This document shows, in pieces, positions 1 to 9,743 of a stretch of 64,000 nucleotides of DNA; the first letter of the stretch is position 1, and each line of letters opens with the position of its first letter. A program made the position numbers and the translations under genes. Under the pieces are notes generated by a model. That model was not told the DNA's origin, ran no database searches, and saw only the letters and a program-made list of their open reading frames with translations. The DNA comes from Candidatus Delongbacteria bacterium (GTDB lineage: Bacteria > CAIWAD01), in assembly GCA_963663545.1 (NCBI GenBank), contig OY760505.1, positions 1,856,001 to 1,920,000 on the forward strand, in the 5' to 3' direction.

Positions 1-1332
1 GGTCCACACAGCGAAAAAGACCAAGCCGATGCCCGTGATCCAAACGAGCGCGCTCTCGGGCAGGAATCCCCGCAAGAAGTAAACGGCCATGGCTACCATG
101 ACCACACCGAAGAACTTCTTAACAGTTTCCATCCACGAACCGGCCCCAGGCAACGCATTGAGCGCACCGGCGAAGGTACCGATGACCAGGAAAAGCAGGC
201 CCATGCCCAACGCGTAGCTCAGCATCAGGAAGAAGCCCAGCAGCGCATTTCCCGTGCTTGCAATAAAGACCAGTAGCACAGCAATGATCGGACCGACGCA
301 CGGCGCGGCAATGAAGCCTGTAACCGCGCCCATGACGATGGCGCCCAACGGGCTGCTGCGGTCGCCGGACTGCATCTTGGCCGAGAGCGCCGAAGGCATC
401 TGGATTTCGAAAGCGCCAAACATGCTGGCAGCCAGTACCAGGAAGATGCCGGCAATTACCGCTTGCATCACGGGCGACTGCCCAACCGCGCCAAAGCTTC
501 CGCCACCCAACGCGGCCACAACGCCCAGAATGCTGTAAACCAGCGCCATGCCAAGCACGAAGTACACCGACTGAATGAAGCCATGGAGCTTGCCCTTGCT
601 GCGCGCGCCGATGAAGCTGATTGTAATGGGGATCATCGGGTACACGCAGGGCGTCATGCTGGATAGCAGCCCGCCGAGAAAGACCAGCACAAAGGCCAAC
701 CAACTCCCCTTTGCCAGCGCCCGCTGCAAACGGCTCTCTAGCGAGGTGTCGGTGTCAGCGGCATCGTGTGTCACGCTACTCTCGCCGAAAATCTCACCGT
801 GTTGAGGATGCATCTCTGCCGCGCTTTCAGCCGCCTCTATCGTGATGCTGCGCGTGTGATCCACGGGCATGTAACACTGGCCATCCAGCTCGCTGCAGGT
901 TTGATGACCGAAGTAGAGGTTCCACTCCTCGCCCGCAGCCGCTTTGTCCGTGAAGAACACGGGCGCACGCAGGACGACATCCCCCCGGTACACCATTTCC
1001 TGCTCACCGGCAACGCTTTCTGCATGTCCCTGCGGATAGTGCGGAGGACCCAGGCGCAGTCCATCCAGCGTGTCAGCCTCTAGATAGAACATGCCGTACT
1101 TCTGGTCCGTGATGTGATACCCTTGTGGCACGTGATACACCACAGCCAATTCGGCATCGGCACCCGGTGCAATGCGATCGTGGGAAAGGAAGACCTCGAC
1201 GGCGACATCCTTGAAGGGATCGAATGTGCTTCCTGAACCGGCAGGGCCAGCATTCAAGCGGCCAAGGCCCATAAGCAGCAACACGGCAAGAGAACACGCG
1301 ATCCAGAGTCGTGACGGGCGCAACTGAAGCAT
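1..1332 (-). CDS. dsbD: Thiol:disulfide interchange protein DsbD-like (cytochrome c biogenesis), 3' end runs off the window
   Basis: Manual translation from ATG at 1332 (AAGGAG RBS): signal peptide, YHVPQGYHITD N-domain, VLRTIRRD region frame carrying ACDD-type Cys, then TM domain with SMTPCVYPMIPITISFIG and IAAPCVGPIIAVLL motifs. Absent from the ORF track because it has no stop in the window. Confidence 0.85.
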   Translation of the reverse strand, partial: MLQLRPSRLWIACSLAVLLLMGLGRLNAGPAGSGSTFDPFKDVAVEVFLSHDRIAPGADAELAVVYHVPQGYHITDQKYGMFYLEADTLDGLRLGPPHYPQGHAESVAGEQEMVYRGDVVLRAPVFFTDKAAAGEEWNLYFGHQTCSELDGQCYMPVDHTRSITIEAAESAAEMHPQHGEIFGESSVTHDAADTDTSLESRLQRALAKGSWLAFVLVFLGGLLSSMTPCVYPMIPITISFIGARSKGKLHGFIQSVYFVLGMALVYSILGVVAALGGGSFGAVGQSPVMQAVIAGIFLVLAASMFGAFEIQMPSALSAKMQSGDRSSPLGAIVMGAVTGFIAAPCVGPIIAVLLVFIASTGNALLGFFLMLSYALGMGLLFLVIGTFAGALNALPGAGSWMETVKKFFGVVMVAMAVYFLRGFLPESALVWITGIGLVFFAVWT

Positions 1333-1544
1333 GGGGGGCTCCTTACACTCTTTCAATATCCACATGAGAAGGTGGCACGCCACGTTCACTGGGACAAGCC
1401 AAGCACCTTTTCAGAATCGTTTTTCATGCCGACTCAATATTCGCCTCTCTAGCACCGATGGGATGTTTAGTATCAGATCAATTCGCATGTTGCGCAGGAG
1501 GCTGTCGTCGCCACCAGAACAAGTGAAGCCGGAGTCCGCTTGTC

Positions 1545-4136
1545 ATGCTGAACCCGCATAGAACCTGGCTAATATTGACTTTGCTGCTGTTGCTGCTGAC
1601 TGAATCCTGCAATACAGGTGATACGCTTGATACGAGCGCACCAGGTCTGCGCTATCAACTGGAGCAGGTTCAATCTGCAGCGCCTGTGCCCGGTGTGGTT
1701 CGCCGCTGTTTTTTCTTTGACAGCGCCTATGCCGATGGCAGTACCGTTGAAGTTCACCTAAGTCGTGACACGCGTCCAGAAGGCGTGCATTCGCTTCAGT
1801 TCTGGCACACCAATCGTAGTGAATTGGGCAATGCGCTTAATCTGGTCAGCGTGGCGCCAACGGATCTATTGGGCTTCCACCGGCCGGGCGAGTCGCTCTC
1901 TTTCTTTGTAACACTGATCGGAGACAGCCAGACAGTAATTGATCGCTTTCTTCCCTACGATATCCCGGATAGCGGCGATCGCGTTTGGGTGCCCGAGTCT
2001 GATATGGAAGAGCGTGCCCCCGGGTTTGTATCACGACTGATCGACAGCCCAAACGGCGCCTCACCGGTAATCTCCTTGCTGGCTGTCAGTGACAGTCTGC
2101 ATAGCTCTCCGGGTCTGGAAATTCTCTTCACCGTGTCACACTCCAACCCACGAGACTACAATGCCACAAGCTACACCTTGGTGATGTTCTCCTGGGACAG
2201 GCGAGAGACTCTCTGGGAACGTGCAATCATCAACGGCCCGCAGCAGGTTTTACTGCGTGATACCAATTCCGATGGTTCCCTGGATCTTCTGAGCATCTGC
2301 GGCGCCACGTTCAACGGTCGTGTCGTTGGCACACAGGATGACCTTCACGGATGGTTGAATCTGATTGACGGGGCCACGGGCAAGGACCTGGTCCCTCCCC
2401 GCGATCTGGGCATGCTCTACGGGCGCAACGCCTTCATGTATCCCTTGGATGGCGAACACCTGCTGTCCTCATATGCGGGCGAATCAATGCACAAGGACAT
2501 CCTGCTCCGGCGCTGGTCCCTTGATGGTATTATCCCATTGGACAGCCTATCGCTTCCCTTGAAACCGTTGGCCTGTCTGTCCGGAAGCGGCAGCCGTGGT
2601 GAACGCGTCTTCTATTTCTGGTCTGCCGACGGCGAAATGGCCGTAATGGACCAGTGGGGAAAAGCCGCTACGCTGCTACATCCCGACCGCAAACTGATGC
2701 CGCTGGGCATCGAAGACTATCTTCCGCAGCTGCCTGGTGACGAACTATTGCTGCAGGCGGGAGACAGCGATCTGCTCATGCTAGGTGCCGACCTAAAGGC
2801 ACTGGCCGTGTTACAGTCGAGTATTCCTCTCACGCCACTACGAACCGCAGGACGTGTGATCGGAATGCAGCAACAGGGTCAAAGCTGGGAAAGCGACGCT
2901 ATTGGTCGACAATGGCTCACCGGTACAAATGGCGGCTATCTCACCATTCGTATCACGCCCGACAAACTCTATCTGTTCAAACAGGTTTTGTTCTTCATTT
3001 TACCGCTAGCCATTCTTGTGTTGCTGCTTCTGCTCGTCCGTGGTACTCTGGTTGTGCTTTTTCAGCGCAGCGTGTTACGCAGTTTGTTCAAGCGCAGTCA
3101 GGCACCGGTACTTGTACTCAAGGGAGCGCACGCCCATTCCTGGAACCCCAGCTTGGAAGATCTGCTGGCGGGACAGCACACGCCACCCACATGGCGCAAG
3201 GGGCCGCCACTTTCCTCATTGCTGCACGGGAGCCCTCTTGAGCTACACGGTGATACACTTCAACAACTGGTCAGCGCGCGATCACAGGAAGAAGAACCTG
3301 TGGCTGATATTGTTGTGCAACACGGCGGGCGTATGTTGCAGTATGTAGTGCGTGCACGACCACTACAGGGCATGACCGGCCGACGCACAGGAACGATCCT
3401 GTATTTCGACAATCTAAGCGACCTGCTGGACCGCCGCCAGAAGCGCGCATGGTCGCTGATTGCACATTCCTATGCCCATACTATCAAGTCGCCCTTGCAA
3501 GCAATAAGGCTGAACGCTGAGCAGATTGCACGCGCGCTTATGGATCCTTCCACGGCCAACTTCCCCGTTTTGCTTGAGCGCGTTCAAAACCTGCTGGCAG
3601 ACAGTGCCGACATCCAGGAGGTTGTAACACGCTTCCTGACACTTTCTGATGACCGTGTGACGCGTCACCGGACCGATCCAGGTGCAATGCTCAGGCGCTT
3701 TGCCAAACACTACCAGCGCCGTCTTCCCGAAGCGATTCGCTTCCTGTTCGACCACGAGGACATCTTGCCCGAAGTGGATGTTGACGAGTATCAGATGCTG
3801 GTTGCGCTGGTTCACCTCTGGGACAATGCTGTTCAAGCCCAACCCGAAGGTGGCGTGATACACACGCGCTTGAGCACCGATGGACAGAGTCTGCTGATCA
3901 CCGTCGAGGACAATGGTCCCGGCTTCTCTCTTGACGTACTTCGCAACGCCTTTGAGCCTTACTACAGCGGCAAGACCGGTGGACACGGTCTTGGCCTGGC
4001 GCATGTAAAGCACATCCTCGGCCTACATGAGGGCAGTGTACAGGCGCGCAATTGCACAGAAGGCGGCGCGAGTATCACATTGCAAATCCCAGTACCCCAG
4101 ATGGAGGACAGGAAACGTGATTCGTCACCAACTTGA
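1545..4136 (+). CDS. Membrane sensor histidine kinase with a large extracytoplasmic (propeller/FG-GAP-like) domain
   Basis: N-terminal hydrophobic segment, DTNSDGSLDLL loop, TM near aa 480-505, H-box AHTIKSPLQAI, N-box HLWDNAVQA, G1 VEDNGPGF, F/G2 FEPYYSGKTGGHGLGLA. Confidence 0.9.
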   Translation: MLNPHRTWLILTLLLLLLTESCNTGDTLDTSAPGLRYQLEQVQSAAPVPGVVRRCFFFDSAYADGSTVEVHLSRDTRPEGVHSLQFWHTNRSELGNALNLVSVAPTDLLGFHRPGESLSFFVTLIGDSQTVIDRFLPYDIPDSGDRVWVPESDMEERAPGFVSRLIDSPNGASPVISLLAVSDSLHSSPGLEILFTVSHSNPRDYNATSYTLVMFSWDRRETLWERAIINGPQQVLLRDTNSDGSLDLLSICGATFNGRVVGTQDDLHGWLNLIDGATGKDLVPPRDLGMLYGRNAFMYPLDGEHLLSSYAGESMHKDILLRRWSLDGIIPLDSLSLPLKPLACLSGSGSRGERVFYFWSADGEMAVMDQWGKAATLLHPDRKLMPLGIEDYLPQLPGDELLLQAGDSDLLMLGADLKALAVLQSSIPLTPLRTAGRVIGMQQQGQSWESDAIGRQWLTGTNGGYLTIRITPDKLYLFKQVLFFILPLAILVLLLLLVRGTLVVLFQRSVLRSLFKRSQAPVLVLKGAHAHSWNPSLEDLLAGQHTPPTWRKGPPLSSLLHGSPLELHGDTLQQLVSARSQEEEPVADIVVQHGGRMLQYVVRARPLQGMTGRRTGTILYFDNLSDLLDRRQKRAWSLIAHSYAHTIKSPLQAIRLNAEQIARALMDPSTANFPVLLERVQNLLADSADIQEVVTRFLTLSDDRVTRHRTDPGAMLRRFAKHYQRRLPEAIRFLFDHEDILPEVDVDEYQMLVALVHLWDNAVQAQPEGGVIHTRLSTDGQSLLITVEDNGPGFSLDVLRNAFEPYYSGKTGGHGLGLAHVKHILGLHEGSVQARNCTEGGASITLQIPVPQMEDRKRDSSPT

Positions 4137-4641
4137 TCCACTGGACCTGCGTGTCCGTGCAGTACACTTATGGCAAAAACGCTGGCTGCTTCTAACCGCT
4201 GGCGATTTTACCACCGGCCACTTCAATACCATGACCGTTGCCTGGGGCAGTATCGGCTGCATGTGGAATCTGCCCATGGTGCACGTTGTTGTACGCCCAA
4301 ACCGCTATACACGCGAGTTTGTCGAGCGCCATGACAACTTCACGCTGACGGCATTTCCGCCTGATCTCAGGCAAGCGCTGTCTCACCTGGGTACGCACAG
4401 TGGCCGCGATGGCGACAAAATTAAGGCCGCCGGTCTCACGCCACAGGCTTCCCGGCTGGTGAGCGCGCCCGTGTTCGCCGAGGCCGAGCTTTGCTTTGAG
4501 TGCCGCAAGATATTTGCAGCCGACATGCAGGCGGAACACTTTCTGGATGAACGCATCGCACCCTTGTATCCAGATCAGGATTACCATCGCGTGTACTTCG
4601 GAGAGATTGTGGGTCTGTACGGTAGCAAAGAATGGTCCTGA
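4117..4641 (+). CDS. Flavin reductase-like (FMN-binding split barrel) protein
   Basis: GTG at 4117; WLLLTAGD, FNTMTVAWGSIG, VRPNRYTREF, GTHSGRDGDK, DYHRVYFGEI motifs. Confidence 0.85.
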   Translation: MIRHQLDPLDLRVRAVHLWQKRWLLLTAGDFTTGHFNTMTVAWGSIGCMWNLPMVHVVVRPNRYTREFVERHDNFTLTAFPPDLRQALSHLGTHSGRDGDKIKAAGLTPQASRLVSAPVFAEAELCFECRKIFAADMQAEHFLDERIAPLYPDQDYHRVYFGEIVGLYGSKEWS

Positions 4642-4678
4642 GCTGATTGGCGTCGTCCAGGAAATCGTGATACAAACG

Positions 4679-4728
4679 CCGGGGGCCGATTGCTGCGACA
4701 ACACGCAATCTGCCCCCGGTTTGTTTTT
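4679..4728. terminator. Probable intrinsic terminator between convergent genes
   Basis: Stem CCGGGGGC-GATTGC / GCAATC-GCCCCCGG followed by TTTGTTTTT. Confidence 0.65.
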
Positions 4729-4743
4729 AGTCGAGCTACAAGC

Positions 4744-7700
4744 CTAGTTGAGCTGGCCTTTCATTCGGTCCTCTTGAGAAAGGCCACCGCTGGTAATAGA
4801 CTCGTCATCGCGAAGCTCTTCTGTGCTGCTTAACACTTGATAGAACTGTCGTGTCACAGTAATTGGAAGCAAGTAATAGCTCTGCGCCGTCTTCGCCACT
4901 AGCGTTTCAGCGTTCGCGTTAAAACGGCAGTCTGCAGACGCATGTATCTGATAGCTATTCGCACCCGCCACCGGAGCCCAGTACAGCGCAACTTCATCAT
5001 CCACAGTAGTGAGGACATGTAATGTGACCGGACTGGGTTGTGTCACACCGGCAAGGGAATACCTGTGACAAGCATAATCCACAACCCTTGCCGTACCATC
5101 GAATTCGTCATTCACAACCGAGTTGTCCTCTGGATCGCGTATCACGCGTGTTTCCAGGCGATTGTGTCCATCATACTCGTGCCACCAACGATTACTCTGC
5201 CCGGGCTGGTCGATCGGGTCATCCAGCGACCAGGCCCACGCACGCACAAGCAATTCAGCACCCTCACCAAGTGAAGTAACACGCAGCTCGGGGAGCACTA
5301 CTTCTTCGCCCGGCTCCAGGCGTGTCTCGTAAAGTTCAATGAAATCGGCATAGCGGGCATCAGGCACCTCGTACACATTGTCGCCCACAATCTGATAGGC
5401 GGCGTAGTCGTCGAAATCACCAATTATTGGCACGGCATCATAGAAGAATCCCTGTGTCACACGCACATGCAGACCTGCTGCCCCGGGTCGTGCTCGCGAC
5501 GCCTCCATACCGGTATTCTCGAGTCCGAGTTCGATCCAGTTAAGACCATTCTGGGCGTTCAGTGTTGTTAGGTGTACTTCCGGTTCAACGGTTGGTGACA
5601 CGCCGTCTTCAAGGGCATCCAGCATTGCATCCGTTGTCGTGTTGAACGCAAACAGGCTGACACCAAGCATGTTCCGACCACCACCACTCCAGGCTGCTGC
5701 ACGATAGGCCAGGGCCCCTTCTCCGCCCACTTCATCGACACAGACGCGCCCGCCCGCTGGCACAATGTAGGCGCCCAGATCTGTATCACTGCTGCAAGTG
5801 TAGATCGAAATATTGTCTCCAGAGTAGACAGTGGGAAGGGAAGGCGACGTCCATGTATTCATGCTTTCGCTCTGCAGGGTCATACCACTGCTGATGATCA
5901 TCTCCTGGGAGAGGTTCGGCCAATGGTTGACACACGTGCCGGAGGCATCGTAGATCTTGTAGTAGCTATAAGTGGGAATCCCGACGTAATACGGCAGCCC
6001 CTTGCTCTCGAAGACCGCAGAACGTGCCATGATCCAACCAGGATCCGTTACCTCGAAGTTGTCACCGTATGTATTGGCCCAGCCATAGTCGTAACACATG
6101 GGTACGATAAAATCGACGTGCTCCACCATTTCGTCATAGCCGCTCGCATCGATCATCCAGTTCTGTGGGCTTAGCGAGATCAGGTACTGTGATCCAAATT
6201 CTTCGAAGACCGCGTCCAGCAACACGGTGTAGGTTTCAACATCAATTCCCTCTGCGTCTAGGTCGATGCCAGCAAGCATGGGAAAGCGATAGCCGTCATC
6301 GTAGAGTGTTTCATCCAGACCAGCGATGACATCGGCGAGAGCCGTCTCTGTATCACTTTCTAGATAGTTGATGAAGTCCTCGCCGAAACTGTAGGTCGCG
6401 TGCACTTGCTGCTGATCCAAGGGATCAAATTCGGTCTCGTCAAATCCAAAGTCGACAAAATGGTTGTCGTAATTCATCCGGAAGTGTCCCACACGCAGGA
6501 AGACAACTTCAATGTCGCCAGCATTCAAGCGATCTGCAGCATCCTCAGGAACATATTCCTGCCAGAGCCATGCGGCATCGCCTACCACCAGCGCTTCTAC
6601 ATCGCGACCAACAACGTAGTTGGCGTGCGTGCTTTCCACGCTGTTCGGACTGGTAACGACAACCCATGCGGAGTGTGTACCGTACTGCTCGGTCGGCATC
6701 CCGTTGTATGGACCGATGGAGGCGCTGCCATTGGTCATTGTCGTTGTGTAGGTCGACAGATCGTGTGTCACGTAGCCATCGGGTGTTGTGTAACACCAGT
6801 GATACGAAATCGTGCCGTCGCCAACACCGTTAAGTACTCCGGAAGCGAACAGCGTAGTGCCCTGTGCCGGAGAGTTGTCGGGACTAAAACTCAGGCTTCC
6901 CCCGTCGACGCGGAAGGTCGGTGCTACCTCAAAGAAGGCGATGAAGCCCGTATTGTCTGTGGCCTGATAGTCGCTGTTGATCAGGCTTGTCACCTGCGCA
7001 CTGATGTAATAGCGCCCATCTCCGTCCGTGGGAAGGGTCCAGTCAAAACCGAAGTAGGCTCGTCCTCCCGGTGATACACTCAGAGGCCCATGCGTGGTAC
7101 TCGTGTGCAAGTAGCTGCTCTCCAGATCGTCATCGATGCGAATGCGCGTCTTGCAGGACATGGTTGTGCTGCCCGGATTGTAGACCGTCAGGTCGATATG
7201 CACCGTCTCACCCGGAGCGTAGTTCAGATTCTCGGGCAACAGACCCTCGCAGTAGGGCGTCGATCGTTCGATCTCGAGAATGCCGCAGGTGTTGGGAGGA
7301 ACGACTTCAAAATCCGTGTTGCCCCAAAAGGCGCGCGTGCCCCACAACTCTGTCTCACGGTCGTCGTAGGCCTCAAAGATCATTGGATAGAAGTCACCGG
7401 CATCCACGTTTGACCAGGTTGCGATTCCGCTGCTATTGGTCCCATCCTGGTCCAGATATTGATAGTCACTGTCATAGCGTGCTACATCTATACCCGTTCC
7501 CATGTGACTGCCGCCGTCGTCTAAAACCGTCAGATCCACGTCGGCGACGTTGGCCACATTCAAGAGCACGTCATCCTCGGTGTGACGCAAATCAGAATCG
7601 TATCCGACAGCGGCCACACTATGAGCACCATTACTAATGGTTTCTGTGTCCCAGGTCCACGTACTGGCTGGAGTAGCATCGTCCGGTGAGCTGTCAGTGT

Positions 7701-9546
7701 GCTTGTAATCGCCGTCGATGTAATACTCGATAAAGTCGAGTGCGCCGCCTTCCCAGTCCTCCCCATTGACCCGTATCACGGTGTTTGAGCTGACATCGCT
7801 GTAGTTCGCGGGTGATGTGATACTCACGGTCGGTGGCTGTGGTGATACAAGGTCTACGTTCTCATCCCAATCCGTTCCATAAGTATTGACCCAGCTTCCG
7901 CTCATGCTTGTCGCACAGCTGGCAGCAACGTACAGGGTGGTGTTGTCCCAACTGGAGGGAATGGCATAATCGAATCCATAGTAACCCGTGGCACCCGCAG
8001 CGATAGTGAGAGGGCCATGAGCTCCAGAGCTGTAGTCCCAACTGGAACTCCGACTGCGGTCCGCCAGAATCTGGCAGGTCACCGACTGACTGGCGCTTCC
8101 CGGGTTGACAACGCTGACATCCACGTGCAGTGTCTGGCCTGGTTCAAGTTCTGTGTCACTCAGATAGACACTCTCCACGTAGGGCATGGACTGAAATAGC
8201 TGCACCGTTGTGTTGGCGTCATTGTTCACCGTGATGTTGCCTGCCGTTCCCCAGTAGCTGGGATAGCCCCAGATGTCCGTCTGAGTGTTGTCGTAGGCCT
8301 CAAAGTGATACACACCTGCGGGAATTCCGCTCCAGTACGCGTAGCTGGGCGACGCCGTTTCGTCGTTGTCCAGATAGTTCCAGTCTTCGTCGTAGCGGTA
8401 CACCAGGGCGCCGGAACCGATGAGGGCGCCGTTCTCGCGTCTCACGTACACCGTCGCGCTTCCACCCGCTGAGACAGTAACCGTCTCCGTGCGCACGTTA
8501 TTGCTGGTGTTGGTTTCGCCATCTACAGTGCTTACGACGACGCGGAAGCTGTGTGATCCACTTGTTGTGAACACATAGTTGAGCTCGTTCTCGGTTTGTG
8601 TCTCACCGGGTTCCAACTCGCTGTGGCTGTCATCGTCCACGTAGAGGTAGTCGATGTAGTAGCTCAGGTCAATGTCTGTGGCAGTCACATCGCCCACATT
8701 CTCGATGGTTACGTGCAGATCCACTTCCTCGCCGACCATCGGGTTTTCGGGCGTCGTCCAGATATCAACGATGGCCACATCGGGCACCCCGGAGTCGACC
8801 GCAATCTCAACCTCGTCCACCCAAGCGCCTTCGTAGGTGACGGAACCATCGCTCTCAAAAATGAAGGCGATGTATACCTCGTCTTCGCCCAGCAGATTGC
8901 CCAGCGTAGGCACGTCGCTGAAGTCGATGCCCTCAACCTGCCAGCCGTCGGAGTCGCCGCTGGTCACGTAGCCCGAGAAGTTGGTGCCGTTGGTAGACGC
9001 CATCCAGCTGAACTCGTCAAAGTCTGCCTCGGAGATGTTCCAGTAATCAAATAGCAGCCAGGCTTCACTGGCATTGCTCAAATCAAAGGGGCCGTATACC
9101 ATCCAGGTCTCGAGGTCATTCGGGTAGTTGTCGTCTTCTGGGTCCAGGTCCTCGGCATCTTCATAAGCGATGTCGGCACACCAGCAGGCCCAGCTTCCCA
9201 CGTGGGGACGGGCGTTATCATCATCCCAGGCATAAGTCGCGTCACCCTCGTAGAAGCGATCCCAGTCGTTGTCCGCTGGAAAACTGCCCTCGAATGTCTC
9301 GTAGAGCAAATCCGTCCAGGTTCGGGTGGATTCGCGGTGATACGCTTGCGAAGCTGTCGTTTTTACCACGTCACCCGGTTCGGGCATCGGGCGTAACACG
9401 CTACTCAGGTCGCCGCGAAACACGCGCTCACCCTCGTGTTTCATCACTTGAGTCGTCCGCCCCTTGACGGGTGCAGCGTCAAGCCCTTGCGCAAGAAGCA
9501 CCAACAGCGCACAGCCGCCGGCAATAAAAGATCTCATAGATGCCAT
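4744..9546 (-). CDS. 1600-aa secreted multidomain protein: adhesin-type jelly roll, CARDB/Ig-like repeats, GH18-like TIM barrel, C-terminal FN3-like domain
   Basis: Signal peptide; GAWVDEVEI jelly-roll end; CARDB-like VTIENVG...ETNTSNN; Big-like PPTVSITSP; GH18-like GIDLDAE (DxDxE) and VDFIVPMCYDY. Confidence 0.75.
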   Translation of the reverse strand: MASMRSFIAGGCALLVLLAQGLDAAPVKGRTTQVMKHEGERVFRGDLSSVLRPMPEPGDVVKTTASQAYHRESTRTWTDLLYETFEGSFPADNDWDRFYEGDATYAWDDDNARPHVGSWACWCADIAYEDAEDLDPEDDNYPNDLETWMVYGPFDLSNASEAWLLFDYWNISEADFDEFSWMASTNGTNFSGYVTSGDSDGWQVEGIDFSDVPTLGNLLGEDEVYIAFIFESDGSVTYEGAWVDEVEIAVDSGVPDVAIVDIWTTPENPMVGEEVDLHVTIENVGDVTATDIDLSYYIDYLYVDDDSHSELEPGETQTENELNYVFTTSGSHSFRVVVSTVDGETNTSNNVRTETVTVSAGGSATVYVRRENGALIGSGALVYRYDEDWNYLDNDETASPSYAYWSGIPAGVYHFEAYDNTQTDIWGYPSYWGTAGNITVNNDANTTVQLFQSMPYVESVYLSDTELEPGQTLHVDVSVVNPGSASQSVTCQILADRSRSSSWDYSSGAHGPLTIAAGATGYYGFDYAIPSSWDNTTLYVAASCATSMSGSWVNTYGTDWDENVDLVSPQPPTVSITSPANYSDVSSNTVIRVNGEDWEGGALDFIEYYIDGDYKHTDSSPDDATPASTWTWDTETISNGAHSVAAVGYDSDLRHTEDDVLLNVANVADVDLTVLDDGGSHMGTGIDVARYDSDYQYLDQDGTNSSGIATWSNVDAGDFYPMIFEAYDDRETELWGTRAFWGNTDFEVVPPNTCGILEIERSTPYCEGLLPENLNYAPGETVHIDLTVYNPGSTTMSCKTRIRIDDDLESSYLHTSTTHGPLSVSPGGRAYFGFDWTLPTDGDGRYYISAQVTSLINSDYQATDNTGFIAFFEVAPTFRVDGGSLSFSPDNSPAQGTTLFASGVLNGVGDGTISYHWCYTTPDGYVTHDLSTYTTTMTNGSASIGPYNGMPTEQYGTHSAWVVVTSPNSVESTHANYVVGRDVEALVVGDAAWLWQEYVPEDAADRLNAGDIEVVFLRVGHFRMNYDNHFVDFGFDETEFDPLDQQQVHATYSFGEDFINYLESDTETALADVIAGLDETLYDDGYRFPMLAGIDLDAEGIDVETYTVLLDAVFEEFGSQYLISLSPQNWMIDASGYDEMVEHVDFIVPMCYDYGWANTYGDNFEVTDPGWIMARSAVFESKGLPYYVGIPTYSYYKIYDASGTCVNHWPNLSQEMIISSGMTLQSESMNTWTSPSLPTVYSGDNISIYTCSSDTDLGAYIVPAGGRVCVDEVGGEGALAYRAAAWSGGGRNMLGVSLFAFNTTTDAMLDALEDGVSPTVEPEVHLTTLNAQNGLNWIELGLENTGMEASRARPGAAGLHVRVTQGFFYDAVPIIGDFDDYAAYQIVGDNVYEVPDARYADFIELYETRLEPGEEVVLPELRVTSLGEGAELLVRAWAWSLDDPIDQPGQSNRWWHEYDGHNRLETRVIRDPEDNSVVNDEFDGTARVVDYACHRYSLAGVTQPSPVTLHVLTTVDDEVALYWAPVAGANSYQIHASADCRFNANAETLVAKTAQSYYLLPITVTRQFYQVLSSTEELRDDESITSGGLSQEDRMKGQLN

Positions 9547-9666
9547 TCTCGACTCCCGACTTTCTGCAAGCGTTGTATCACAGCCGGGTTTCCGGCGTGA
9601 ATATTCCTCACCTTCTCATCGATCTCCGGGAGGCCGCTTCTTCTTTGCGGCGGCTACCAGAGTGGA

Positions 9667-9702
9667 TTGGCATAACTCCTGCGACACTGGCACATTTTTC
9701 GT
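9667..9702 (+). promoter_or_regulatory. Possible sigma54 -24/-12 element(s) upstream of the response regulator
   Basis: TTGGCATAACTCCTGC has GG-N10-GC; a second TGGCACATTTTTCGT follows. Both are imperfect matches. Confidence 0.3.
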
Positions 9703-9743
9703 AGTCCATACGGGCCTGCTGAATCAATTGACTGTGGGGACCC

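Noticed and set aside
119..1297. Short ORF-track entries at the left edge
   Set aside because: They are shadows of the dsbD frame, which lacks a stop inside the window.
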